Assembly: GCA_964016885.1 (NCBI GenBank)
Contig: OZ024740.1
Coordinates: 265,298,001-265,362,000 of the forward strand
From: Eledone cirrhosa
Taxonomy: Eukaryota
DNA length: 64,000 nt
Reading direction: 5' to 3'
Position numbers and translations under genes: made by a program. Numbering within the stretch: position 1 is the first letter of the stretch; each line of letters opens with the position of its first letter. This document shows, piece after piece, positions 41,686 through 58,204 of this stretch. A model generated the notes under the pieces. That model made no database searches and had not been told where the DNA came from. It saw only the letters and a program-made list of their open reading frames with translations.

Positions 41686-42638
41686 GAAAGAGTGAAAGAG
41701 ACAGTTAAAATATAACAGCAATATTTCCTCGAGTATAATTTCTATTTCTTAATGCCAAATGTTTTTGAAATTTTATAGAAATTTAAATGACTTCCGATTG
41801 GAATTATTCTAAATATCCTAAATTATTTTCAAACTATCCACTATCTCGAATGATAATTAAAATTGCAAAAGGTTCCGATAATATTGTTGTTGTTGTTTTT
41901 TTCCCATTTCCAATTGCTTCAAGCACTAACAAATATTTCTATAATTCAATAAATTACCAAGTCTAGATCACACGTTGTCATCACGATCAAATAAGATTTA
42001 GTGAAAAAAATCGTGATATAATCATATTTCCTTATACAACTACTCTTGGACTCTCATGCAAGTCTAATAATCTACCTTGGTCACTTCTATTGTTTATTGT
42101 GCCTCAAAGACATCACGATGTGTCTATTGTTTAACTAAAGCACCATTTTTCTACTGTGAACAATTACTTTTAAAGGTCTGCCAAAGGGTAAAAGTTTCTC
42201 ATAGCATGCATTCAGCACGCGTCTCACAAATTTATTAACTTTAGGGATGTATTATCTGTGAAGGAGGCTTTTGTGGATTGATAGTTGTATTTTCTTTTCT
42301 TTTTATTATTGTATTGTTTGTGATTTATGTGAAATCAAGGAAGTTTAAATCCTAAGAAATTCTTATATTTCTAAGTGATATAATGTAGAGAAATTTATTC
42401 GATGAATCAATGTCATTCAGTTTATAATGAGGTTGAGTAAATAATATAGCATGCTAATATCTTACTGGGCATTTCTGAATATATTAAGTGTACATTCATT
42501 ATTAATTCCCACAAACACAAAACAGCATGCATATATATATACATACACACTCATTGATACATACATACAAACATACATATATATATATATGTATTTATAT
42601 TATATATATATATTTATATATATATATAGATATATACA

Positions 42639-42707
<69 letters not shown>

Positions 42708-43496
42708 CTTGTGTATAATGGTAGCTATGGTGCTTCCATAGGCGGAATGTCAAAATTAGCACTCAATATTCAGCAGAGTACGAAAAATCAGTGATGCATC
42801 TGGACTCAATGTATTGCCTGTTACAATTGTTTCGCCGGCAGGTAGCTCGAGACATGGTCTCTGTATGGATCTGGCTGATTTTACGGCTGCAGGTTTCTTC
42901 AGACACGGGTAATTCGTTCGGAGTAGATTTTATCACTGGGGTGTTATCCTAAAAAACACCCTGAAAAAATTCCTCTTCCACTCTTGTCCTGCCTTTGGCT
43001 GGTGTTACTCCACGTCATCTTAATTTCTGGTCAGTATTTACTGCTACACGGGTCATCAGCCATGTTCTGTCCGACACACTTCAATGGAGTCATGCTGGGT
43101 TCAGTATCACACGTCTGTTCAGACTCCAGAGCAAGCACCTACACCTACGAATACACACACACATATACACACACAGGAAGACACAGACACATGCGTGCAT
43201 ACACACACGTACGCACACATGCGTAGAGACACACACCCCACACATATACATATATGTATATATACACACACACACGCTCTCCCTCACCTCCACGGACCCA
43301 GTCACACCCACTTCTAGATAGGTACCGCCACAAGCCTTTTAACGGCTGCTTAAGACGCGCCATATATCCTGTTCGACGAGCACGGCCCACACAAACATAC
43401 ATATATATACACACATACGCGCGCACACATATCTACGCACAACCTTATATACATTTATATATATATATACACACTCATACACACACGTATATACAT

Positions 43497-43543
<47 letters not shown>

Positions 43544-44227
43544 CATATATATATCTATATATACACACATGCACACACATATATACAAAATACACATACG
43601 TACACAAAATTTACATACACACATATATATATATATATATACACAAAAAACACTACATGCATATGCACACCCACACATATACATACATATATACATGCAG
43701 ACATATATACATCTACATATACATATGCACACGGACTGCCACATGCAGACACCTGATCATATGCATATTTGCTTACACACATATGTTTCCACATTTACAT
43801 ATATAAACAAAACCGTAAATTAAAAATACATTATATAATAAAAAGCACAATATACCATAAAATAACGCTAAAATAACATAACATAAAATACCAATATAGT
43901 ATATAATATAATATATATATATCTATATATATATACACATGCACACACATTCATACATACACGGATATATACAATGGATATATGATAAAATAATAATAAA
44001 AAATAATAGTAATAAAATGTATATACACCATATATAATTATCCGACACATTCAAGTGAGATGTACATAAACATATACATATATACACAAATACACATACA
44101 CATATATAGAGGCCCACATATGCATACACCCGCACCCACATATATATATATATATATATATACACATATTCGCACCCACATACACACACATACTCATACG
44201 TAGCTATACGTACGTACAGACACACAC

Positions 44228-44230
<3 letters not shown>
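42708..44230 (-). mobile_element. Family E HHR element (non-coding, ~1.5 kb), long arm
   Basis: Inverted homologue of about 45875-47460, including the degenerate CA/TA-rich body. HHR at 42817-42907 (-). Confidence 0.88.
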
Positions 44231-44276
<46 letters not shown>

Positions 44277-44279
<3 letters not shown>

Positions 44280-44944
44280 ATAAAATATGGAGAAAAATAC
44301 TGCAGGTAGCGCATGGATAACATGTAATAAAATGAGTCCCTCATCAGTGATTTGCCGACGATCATAGATATTTCATTGCATTAAAAATCATATACCTCAC
44401 GTCGGTGCAATAATAACTAAAATAAGTTATTAGGACAATTAAAACGCGTAAAGTGAGTGAGACAGGAGAACAACAAAGAATATAGCTAACCGTAGGGGAA
44501 TGAAACAAGCTTCATAATTATTCTGTTTAGCATAAGCTAGGTGAATATATGAGCGCTTTAGTAAAAAGACCTTACACGAACGAGGGCCATGTGATAAGAG
44601 AGAAAAATATAGCTTTCGTCGTGTACAGGATGAAACGAAGAGAGGAGAAACAGTGAGTGAGTGAAAGTGTGAAGAAGAGCTAACTGACATGACAGAGGGG
44701 GCGAAATAAAGTAGGAGAAACAGAGAGAATGGGGGAACAGTAAGAGAGAGAGAGAGAAAAACACAGAATCGCAGTTGGGTAAATATATGTAATAAAATAT
44801 GGAGAAAAATACTACAGGTAGCGCATGGATAACATGTAATAAAATGAGTCCCTCATCAGTGATTTGCCGACGTTCATAGATATTTCATTGCATTAAAAAT
44901 CATATACCTCACGTCGGTGCAATAATAACTAAAATAATTTATTA
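44277..44944. repeat. Near-identical ~155-bp direct repeats (44277-44433, 44790-44944) flanking ~355 bp; pLTR-like
   Basis: taataaaatatggagaaaaatact...gtcggtgcaataataactaaaataa occurs twice. Confidence 0.85.
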
Positions 44945-45297
44945 GCTGGGTGCTTAACGACAATGCTGAGGATGGCTCTGAACATTAATCAGTATACACT
45001 GAGGATGAAAAACTCAGAGCTGTATGGCAGCCTCCCAAAAGTCAGCTCAAAAGTGACACAGAGGAGACTGAAGTTAGCTGGACATGCTCACCAACATCCA
45101 GAGTTGACATTGCACTCAGTTCTCCTGTGGGAGACGCTACAGGGACACACTGGAAGAGGTAGACCAAGGTTAACGTATGTTGATGCCCTAAGCACATACA
45201 CTGGTCTGTTGGAGACGCAGGACATTGCAGCGATAATGAGGGACAGAGACAGCTGGAGAGAACTCGTCCATGATCTCAGGAATTTTACTCGCCTTAG

Positions 45298-45298
<1 letters not shown>
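44945..45298 (+). mobile_element. RTE-clade LINE 3' fragment
   Basis: MLRMALNI, NSELYGSLPKVS, RRLKLAGHAHQHPE, LLWE, GRGRPRLTYVDAL, MRDRDSWREL. Confidence 0.85.
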
Positions 45299-45328
<30 letters not shown>

Positions 45329-45675
45329 TCTATCTATCGGGTCATTTCTTCTACATTAGGAGGCACCCCGGCTATTGGCATTTCTGCACGCCTCATCACT
45401 ACAACGTCAATCGTGACTATATACTCTCCACATGTTTCACGTTGAAACAATGATTATTACTGTCATGATTGTTCTATTTTTTGTTCTGTTACTGTTAGTT
45501 ATTCTATATACGGACTTAACTTTACCCCCTTTTTTCATGGTTCTATTTATGAAGTTGCATACAGATTTTAATGTATCCTAAAATATTGTACATTTATTTA
45601 TTTATTTTATTTTATTATCCTCTTTTGTTTATATTTGGGTGTTTTTATGTGTGGACCTGTGCGTAGGTATATGCA

Positions 45676-45711
<36 letters not shown>

Positions 45712-45818
45712 AACGAGGGTGTGTATGGGGGGGTGTATATGGGCATGTGTACGTATACGCATGAGCTTATGAGCGCGTGTGTGCGCAGGCATGTGAATGT
45801 ATGTAAGTATGTGGCAGA

Positions 45819-47490
<1,672 letters not shown>

Positions 47491-47540
47491 TATATATTAT
47501 GTATATATATATACATACATGCATACACGCACCCCCCCCC

Positions 47541-47606
<66 letters not shown>

Positions 47607-47859
47607 TGGTGGACTGGGTTTAAAAATATTTGTTGCCAGGATACAAAGGCGACCAACTACTACAATGCTATAATTTAATTTGTATAACGAATAGATAAAA
47701 TATTGAAAAATACTTAAGTGGACACAAAAAGATGCAATTAAAGTTTTTGCGAACAAAATTTTTTTTTTAAATTAATTGGTGTGTATATATGTATAGTACA
47801 TATTACTGGTAATACTAAATGTAAATAGAGAATGTTACAATTGAATTTTTCTTCGCCAG

Positions 47860-48150
47860 TTTATTCCTGAGAGGGCCATGGGTCAGGATCCTTTCCGAAG
47901 CCATCATCTCTAACTGAACCGGCTGTATCCCCAAGAGAGACCAGCCAAGCTTATGGATGTTATCCAACCCCTGTTTCACCTGCCGGTTGGTTTTTTCCTG
48001 AGACATTCTGACCATATGTCCATAGTATCGGAGCTGTGATTTCTCAATCGGAGAAGTAGTGGCTCTACCTGGAGAGACTCTCTGATCTCCGAGCTACGCA
48101 CTCTATCGAGTAACGTTACTCCAAAGACCCTTCGCGACCATATTCTTTCA
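47860..48150 (-). mobile_element. RTE-clade (Expander/Rex3-like) LINE 3' fragment
   Basis: RRVFGVTLLDRVRSSEIRESLQVEPLLLR..EKSQLRYYGHMVRMSQE. Confidence 0.8.
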
Positions 48151-50252
48151 GGTTAACAAGGGATGATTTCAGGCTTTATAATTACATTTTTAAATAATAG
48201 CATACGGCTATTTTGAAAGTATACTTTTACAATAAATCCAATAATCAATTTCAATATTTTTAACGAAATTTTAAAGACATAGCTGTTTTCTTATTGAAAT
48301 CAGGGTATTGCAGCTCATACCACATCTTTATACATAAACATTATTTGTTTGTTTGCTCTTTGCATAGAGATTTATTTCAAACAACCTGTACATTTGCCAA
48401 TAATTCTATCACCAACACTTCAATTGTTCCAGCGCATCTACATATAAAGGATAAATTTACATGGTTTTGATTTCTACTACTTTTACTATTTTACTTCCTT
48501 CTATCCTTCTTATTCTTTTATATATACTCTTGCCATTTTTAGGACCTTCATAAATTGTTCAAAATAATAGTATATTGCCAAAATAACTATATTATGCATG
48601 TACCAAATTATTTTTAATTTTTACATAATTGGTGGAAAATTTTAAATAGTTTACTTGTACTCCACACTTTTCACATTAACATATTTCAAAAGTAGAAGGG
48701 CCTATTACATGAGGTCCATTATATAACGAATGGACAATGCGGTTCATCATAATGTTAAACACACATACTCGAAAATCAGCTAAAGGATATTAGGAATAGA
48801 AAATATTAAGAATTACTTACCTTCCCAATAAAGACGGTAAATACATATCTAGGGAATAGCAGTAATAAATGTCGGTCTTTCACACTCACTCAATATATAT
48901 GCATAAGCCGCTCCAACGTATGTCAACTTAGTCATGGCATACTTAGCAGTCCAGATATATGAACAGTCCAAATCAAAATACGGATTGAACTTCCACAAAT
49001 ATTTATCAGAGAATTGGAAACGCTACTTGGATGATTGTCTCATTCTTTGGTCCCACACACTCGACCAACTGAAGGATTTCAAAAACTTAATAAACGGCAT
49101 CAATAACCACATCCAATTCACAATGGAATACAGCCAAGATCAACTCCCATTTCTGGACATCTTAAACTTAAAAAAAGGCACAAATATCGAAACTGACATA
49201 CACTATAAACCAACAGATTCCAAACAATATCTGCTATTCACCTCCAACCATCCAAAGCACACGAAGACGAACATTCCTTTTAACCTAGCAAGAAGAATTT
49301 GCACAATTGTCTCCAATTATGAAACGCGAAATAAAAGACTTCAAGAATTAAAGGAAATTCTACTCGAGAGAGAGTACCCACTATTACTAATAAATAATGG
49401 AATAGAAAGGGGTAAAGCAATAGGCATTGATGAATTACGGAAACAGAAACAAATTCAAGGTACGTCCAATATTCTATCATATATCTCATCACACAACCCA
49501 AGAAATGCGGAAGCTTACAACACTATTCACAAGAACATCCCACTACTAAAACAAAACCCAAGAATGAAAAAAGCCCTTAAAACACACAAAATAATCAAAA
49601 GGAAAAGACAACCAAAATCACTGAAAACATTACTCACCAATGTCAAATTACCTACCACAAACCCACAACCAAGTATCAAAAAAAGTGGTCGCTCTAATTT
49701 TGGAACCTGCTCTCAGCTCATTGAAGGCAACACGTATACATTTAAATCAGGACAACATTTTACTGTAAAAAATCACTTCACTTCCTCATAAAAAAATCTA
49801 CTTTATGCCATTAAATGTAAAGGATGCAATGAAGGTTATATAGGAAAAACTAAACTCACACTCAGAAACAGAATGACAGTTCATCGCCAACAATTACGAG
49901 ATCCAACCACGAGAAAGATACCACTAAGTGCACATCTAGACATATGCGCAAGTAATAAGACACCCAAATTCCAAGTCTTCCCATTTTACCTTTGCGCTAA
50001 CATTACAACAGGACAAATACGAATAAATAAGGAAAATATGTTTATTCAAAAATATAGACCAGCATTAAATATGGTTTAATATACATTATGTCAACACCAT
50101 AATATGACATACACACACATAACACCTTCTACTTTAGAAAATAAAAACCCGAACTAAATAAACCTTAACATACGTTTGCACTGACAATACAACAGAACAA
50201 ATACGAATAAGTAAGGAAAATATGTTCATTCAAAAATATTCCTACTAAAGGA

Positions 50253-50327
<75 letters not shown>

Positions 50328-50599
50328 TCTTCATCTTAACATGCTAACCATACTCCCACACACATAACACCCATACACACACATAACAACCCCCACACCC
50401 ACAACTCCCTCCCCCATTTCTACTAATAGAACCACTTTCCTACACACATATATACACACACACAAAATATATATTCTCTCCATCTTAACATACTGGCACA
50501 CACACACATAACACCCATATACACACACACACAACTCCCTCCCCCATTTCTACTAATGGAACCATCTTCCAATACACACATACACACACAAACACACAC

Positions 50600-51250
50600 A
50601 CACACACACACACACACAGAAGCACACAAATAAACATATATATCTTTACTTTAATAGAAAATCTGAACTCTGACACTCCAGCGAACTAAACATATTCACT
50701 GAACCAGAACAATTCTCCCATCCCATTTCTCTTGACCACTATCTTTTCCTTGGCATAACATTCTCTAAAATGCTACAGAATAGATTTCCAAATAAGGGCG
50801 CGAAAATGTAATGAAAACTTGTTCACGTGACAGCCAAATTTCATTTATAACCAATCAAATCACGTTTATTTAAAAAAAGCCTTCATGAGCCACCTTTTTT
50901 TAAGTAAAAAGAAATTCAAACACACACACACAACACACACACACACACACAAGCACACAAATAAACATACATATCTTTACTTTCTTTATTCAATAGAAAA
51001 TCTGAATTCTGACACCCCAGCGAACTAAGCATATTCACTGAACCAGAACAATTTTCCCATCCCATTTCTCTTGACCATTATCTTTCACTTATCATAAAAT
51101 TCTCTAAAAAGGCTACAGAATGGATTTCCAAATAAGGGCGCGAAAATTTAATGAAAACTTGTTCACCTGACAGCCATAATTTTATTTATAACCAATCCAA
51201 AAAAAAGCCTTCATGAGCCCCTTTTTTCAAGTAAAAAGAAATTCAAACAT
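50600..51250 (+). repeat. ~320-bp tandem duplication within the PLE 3' region
   Basis: aagcacacaaataaacata...gtaaaaagaaattcaaaca at about 50620-50921 and 50951-51249. Confidence 0.9.
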
Positions 51251-51470
51251 TCATATATGAAAAAGACAACCTGTGACAACCCCCCCCCCCTCATATTTGA
51301 AGAACTATTGTAACGCGAACTGGCGCGAAGTTTATTATAATTATTGACCAACCAATCAAATTACTTCTCGAAAAACCTGGCATTTCGAGCCACTTTTTCC
51401 ATATAAAACAAGTAACATTCAGAGACCAACCAGATGTGAGAAAAACCACAGACCCTCCAACTCAACTCTA

Positions 51471-51507
51471 CTTTTGAAAAGTAGAAGAACTGCGAAACCG
51501 GTAAAGG
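51471..51507 (+). ncRNA. Decayed hammerhead ribozyme in the PLE pLTR
   Basis: ctt-TTGAAAA-gtag aagaa ctgc-GAAAC-cg-GTA-aagg. The core has two substitutions. Palindromic accggt. Confidence 0.6.
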
Positions 51508-51589
51508 AACCAAATAAATATATATATATTTTTTTTTAAATAAGACTCCAGTTGCATTTTCGATTTCATCTCTTTTTCTTTATACTTTC

Positions 51590-51647
51590 ACTCGTGTAGG
51601 ACACCTCGGTTATTTTTCATTTTGTAAAAAAAACCTCACTTTCTAAA

Positions 51648-51739
<92 letters not shown>

Positions 51740-51798
51740 TTTAGAAAGTGAGGTTTTTTTTTACAAAATGAAAAATAACCGAGGTGTCCTACACGAGT
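51590..51798. repeat. Tail-to-tail inverted duplication of the last ~60 nt of the PLE around a (TA)n spacer
   Basis: actcgtgtaggacacctcgg...ctttctaaaata-(TA)n-tattttagaaag...ccgaggtgtcctacacgagt. Confidence 0.93.
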
Positions 51799-51839
51799 AC
51801 ATATATATATTTATATTTATATATATATAATTATATCTA

Positions 51840-51972
51840 TTTTAAGAACAGATTAAAATTTAAGCAGCAAAGAATCGCTGCTTTCACCCTTAACGGGATC
51901 TTCTGAAAAGAAAAAAATATATATATGGTTTTGCTTGTGTATGTATATGCACACACACAAACTCACACTCAC

Positions 51973-52008
<36 letters not shown>

Positions 52009-52019
52009 ATACATGTATT

Positions 52020-52057
<38 letters not shown>

Positions 52058-52130
52058 AATACATGTAAATATATATATATATATATTACATATAAAGACA
52101 TGTAAATATAAATATATAAGTACAGAGGTG

Positions 52131-52207
<77 letters not shown>

Positions 52208-52460
52208 GCACCTCGACACTGAAGTGAACCTAAACATCGAGTGCTCACCCGGGTGAACCTACAGTAATTCCAAGTTACACTCCCTGGATATATATATATA
52301 TATCCACATCTACATGCACACAGCCATACACACGTACCCATATATATATATGTATTGAGTGGGTGTGAAAGACCGAAATTTATTACAGGAGTTTCAAAAG
52401 ACCCCATTACGGGTGAAAGCAACGATTTATTGCTTAAACTTTAAGCTATTCTTATAATAA
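51840..52460. repeat. Older diverged inverted-repeat element with decayed HHR-like cores
   Basis: 51841-51908 pairs with 52391-52457. Inner gaggtgca/tgcacctc flank the central (TA)n. The motif c(a)gaaga-.ccc..gggt-GAAAgc is in both arms. Confidence 0.65.
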
Positions 52461-52475
52461 ATGTTCTGCTCTACT

Positions 52476-52913
<438 letters not shown>

Positions 52914-52919
52914 TATATA

Positions 52920-53570
52920 TATATAGAAGATGTATAGAGCGTAAATGCAGAAACATAACAACGTCATGCATAGATGAGACAGCTCGAAGGATATGGGAGA
53001 GAATAGATCAACACTGGGGTGAACTAAAAGGACAAAAAAATGGTTCGGTTCTATATGAACATGCCAGATAAAGACATGATGGTAATATAGACAACATAGA
53101 AATTAAAATAATATCTAAACATAGAAATGACTCAACAGATAAGCAAATCAGAGAATTGAATAACAACAATCATGAATGGAATAACAGCAACAACCATACA
53201 CAAGCACACAATACTGTCCTAAGATAAATATAAGTAAATAAATATACAGAGGTACAATAACAACAACCACATATAAACACACACTAGTGAACAATGATAG
53301 AATACAAACACACTCAGACACGAACACACGCTAAACAGAAAACCCATACACAAAAGCATGCACAAACAGAGACAAGACTAAATAAATAAACCAATAAATA
53401 AATGGAAGAGACATTACAATACAACGGAAGGAAACATAATAGTACCAATGATGATGTCACAGATGTGTGATGAAAGAACTTTGATAGACTATATATTTAT
53501 ATTTATATCCGTTGGTCAATCAATGATAAACATTGATTGCCAGCTAAATTAACTATATGGATATAAAATA
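52920..53570 (+). mobile_element. PLE GIY-YIG 3' fragment plus pLTR, same family as 17600-18993
   Basis: [31 protein letters not shown]. Decayed HHR atgatga-tgtcac agat gtgtgat-gaaa-gaac-tt at about 53444-53486. Confidence 0.88.
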
Positions 53571-53691
53571 TACAGAAGTAAAAACTAATCCATACCAAAC
53601 AGTGAGTGTGTTTTGTTTTATTATTGTTTCTGGCAACATTATAACAATATGACCGTCCCCAAATATAAAAATGAGGAGAGAGAGAGAGAGA

Positions 53692-53773
<82 letters not shown>

Positions 53774-54187
53774 ATGAACGAAAAGGTGAACTCTTTTATA
53801 TGTATGTAAACTATGTTCTCTTCTTATTAATATACGCCTTCATTTTATTATACGCTTTTAATAATATTTCTTGTAGCATGAAGAAGCCTAAACAAATATT
53901 GCTGAAACCCGTAGAATCAATTGCTTTTTTTAAAATAAATGTTTTGCTATTATTCTATGAGAAAATCTCGTTAGCATTTTCTACTGTTTTTCTTATGTCC
54001 CTAATATATAGTAACTCGTGTGTCACTTCTGGACATTCTAAATATAAACATATATATATATATATGTATGTATACATACACAACCAAAAACATATACATA
54101 TATGCTGTTTTCAGATTGTCTCCAGTTTTTTTCCTAGGGATTTTGACCGTAAAACTGACCACTACCATCATCATCAGCAAGCTATTG

Positions 54188-54229
<42 letters not shown>

Positions 54230-54237
54230 ATGTATAA

Positions 54238-54586
<349 letters not shown>

Positions 54587-54671
54587 TGTATATATATATA
54601 TATACATACGTATATATATATGCACACATATATATATGTATATCCATATATACATATATGTATGTGTGACA

Positions 54672-54760
<89 letters not shown>

Positions 54761-55017
54761 CGTGGGTGGGTGTGTGTGTATGTGTGTGTGTGTGTGTGTG
54801 TGGGTGTGTATCCGTCTGTTGATTTCTGTATCTGGGAAGCGGGTGTATACATAGTTGCACAGTGGTCGAGACAGTGAGTTGATTGTCTAAAATTCCTCAT
54901 GGATAATTACTGAGCCATCAGAGAAGACGTGACTATCTGATGACTCTTTAACAACATGACAGATGATCAGAACAAAAGTCAACTGATTCGTCTTTAATAA
55001 AATCATTAATCATTAAA

Positions 55018-55375
55018 GGGCGGTAGATTGGCAGTATCGGTAGAGGGTCAGACGCCATGCTTTCCAGCATAGTTACGTCCCTTTACGATCTGAGTTCAAA
55101 TCCCGCCGAGGTTGACTTTGCCTTTCATCCTTACGGGGTCGATAAGATAAAGTACCAGTAATGCACAGGGTAATTGCTGGCCTTGTGCCTAAAGTAGAAA
55201 CAATTAATCTCGAGCGATATTTACCTGGGAAAAGACGACGAATTTGCAGAGTCGTTAGAACGTCTGATATAATGTTTTGCGGTACTCGTTTTGGCTCTCT
55301 GAGTTCAAATCCCGCTGAGGTCAACTTTGCCTTTCACACATTCAAGTTCTATAAAATAAAAAGTTCCAGTCTTGT
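55018..55375 (+). mobile_element. Two tandem SINE copies
   Basis: gggcggtagattggcagtatcggtagag head, B-box and shared core. A second diverged copy starts at about 55235. Confidence 0.9.
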
Positions 55376-55773
55376 ATGGGAGACGATTCTTCTTTAATAT
55401 ATCTTCCTCCTTTCTTCTCTCACGTTCTATTCTTCACCGGAAGAAATCTGATGTGTTCAAACCTGGTGAGGGATTGCCTCTGCTAGGCTAAAAGAATGCT
55501 TAAGAAATGTCATTCGCCACTACAGCGCCACTTCGACTCCATTCGCTGTTAAGCATGCATGCTTATTCATGGATATCTGTTGTGCTTGTCTTTATGTGAG
55601 AGGTTCACAAATTTTCTTTGCCTTCTGCTCACAACCGCTTCAACATCGAAAAATTAATTAATTGCCACGCTAATACAATCAATTCATTTCGTGTCTCGTT
55701 GATTATTAATAGAGGTACTCCGGGTAAATCGAATCCTGTCGGCTTCCCGCAAATAAGGCATCGATAATTTCCT

Positions 55774-55831
<58 letters not shown>

Positions 55832-58204
55832 TGTGTGTGTGTGTGTGTGTGTGTATGTGCGTGCGTGTGTGCGTGTGTGTGTATGTGTGTGTGTTTGTGT
55901 ATTTATATGTGTGTGAGTGAGAGTGTGTGTGGGTGCGTGGTGTGTTGGTGTATGTGCATGTGCGTCTCTCTGTGTGTGTGCGTGTATGTCTCTGTCTAAC
56001 AGTGTCTGTGTGTGTCTTGAACCTGATGCTTTTTTTACTAATTCCCTCTTCATAGTTGTTTTGCACTGGGTTATAGACATTCATTTGTTCTCTCACCATG
56101 AGAAATGCCGTGAAGCAGTAATTGACCTGTTATAATAAACCTTTAGCCGATAGATGTATTCTTCGATAATTGTCATGTGAAATTAAAAACAAACATTGAA
56201 AAGTAATATATACATAGTGGATTCTACAATAAAAAAAAATTTCAAATCTTGTTTAAACTTTGGAAGAAAATAAGAAATTCTTCTCTGTACTATATTTCGT
56301 ATTAAACAAATGGAACTTCAAACATTAAAATTTTAAAAGCTTTTTTAATACTTGATAAGATCTTAGAATTGCTGGTTCTGCTACTAGAAAATTTGAACGC
56401 TTCAACTACTATTGTTGCTGCCTGAACTACTGTTTCAGAAAGTTATTCTTACGAATATAACAAAATAAATAATGATAAAATAATTAAAGAACAAAATACA
56501 TGGTCGATACTAAACTACTTATTAGCTTTATAAAATGACAGTGGAAATTGCCGGGAAGTTATAAAATATATAGGAACTCAATGATAAAATAATTCCAAGA
56601 ACAAAAACTAACATATACTCGACACTTAAAGACATCTCCTTTTAGATAATACATATAATATTGCTTCAAAATCCGGTTGTTCTGCACATTTCAGAGTATA
56701 TAGCCTTGGGAATAGAAATTCTTTACTTGCTAAATTTACGCCTTCATATTTGCATAAAAGCTGTCTTTTTACCAAGCGAGAATATATTTTAAATAAAAAC
56801 GGAAGGCTATCAAAATGGTATGTCTTAATTCAACATTCGGAACTAATTATATAGTTTAACGATTTGAAATTTCAATATTAATAATACGTTTGCGCTTAAC
56901 ACCTTCTCAGAAATTAATATATATAATTTTCCTATCTTATTTAGCTGCTGGTTGCAACTCAAGTGTGATTCACTACAGTACTACCTATTTTCGTCTCCTA
57001 TTATAAAAGACGTGCAAATTAAATCTATATTTTATTATTTTGGTACATACATATGCACAAGCGTGTTTATGACTACTTAAATCGTTGTGAAATCATCGTA
57101 ACATTTCCCTCAAGATAATTATTTGTTTGTTTTTCAAAATTATCAAATAAATTCTCTTTCAATTAAAAGCTCATTCACTAATATTATTTTCAAAGTAATA
57201 TTATATTATTTGTTATGTTAGGGTATGTAGCAGGCATTTGAGAGTTTCAAAGACACTATTTCGCTGAAAGTCTTATTTCTATTTCTTTTTTATGTTCCTT
57301 TTGTAGTTTGTGACTTGAAATTGTAAAACAAATATGAGGATAGATTTCGTCATATGAATAAAATATTTCATTCCATGAAACATAAAAATTTTAGATACTT
57401 GATTACCGAACACATGTAGAATATGACTGATATATAAGATTAAACAAATGTGTGCGTTCATTTACATAATTTTTTTAATGATGTGTTTCATATTTCTTGT
57501 AACCAGCTATCATTTTAATATATGATTTGCCTAATCATTAATTTTGTTACAAAACAATAACTGGCGGTAATTTTAATTCAAAAAGCCTTATTAAAATTAA
57601 AAATTATCGCATTATATCACAGGGCATGTATTTTAAAATTATCCCCGGAGATTCTTTAGTTAGAAATATTTGAAATTATTAATATTGTCTTCTTCACTTT
57701 TAAGCAAATGCAATCATGGATTAATATCAACCGTAAATGAGATAGATCCAATTTTAAAAGTATATGACAATTACGTGATATTATCTCAAGCATTACTCTC
57801 AACTCATTCTGTTTTTAACTTTTTTGCCTCGAATCTACAATTCCAAACAATGTGGAAAAGATCAACGAGATAAATTCTATGTTGTAGCTCATCCTGATAG
57901 AAATAGCAACCAAAGTGATTTAAAATAATAACTTATATATTTGTTAGTGAATTACTTAATATAATCTTCTAAATGCACAATTATATAAATAGAGATGACA
58001 TGGTTACGGCAGAAGAAGTAAAATATTTACTACTGTAAATTATCGGTGAAAACCCAAGCGCAGACAAGATCTGAAATCATATTCCAACTATATTTTTCAT
58101 AAAATAAACAGCTATGTTAGAAGTTTCAAATATACCCTAGAAAGGGTTTTGAATGAAATTTCATTATTTTCTTTAAACCGGGCAATGCAGGGTATTTCTG
58201 TTAG

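Larger units (their letters stand above)
48901..51650 (+). mobile_element. 5'-truncated Penelope-like element, Neptune-like (RT, GIY-YIG, long 3' region/pLTR)
   Basis: APTYVNLVMAYL, WKRYLDDCL, QFTME, LPFLDI, YKPTDSKQYL, SNHPKHTK. After a stop at 49789-49791: NLLYAIKCKGCNEGYIGKTK..LRNRMTVHRQQ. Confidence 0.93.

Noticed and set aside
54885-54945. Further HHR-like words here and at about 4886, 7640, 9349 and 22768
   Set aside because: Cores are incomplete or stems do not pair, so they cannot be distinguished from chance or terminal decay.
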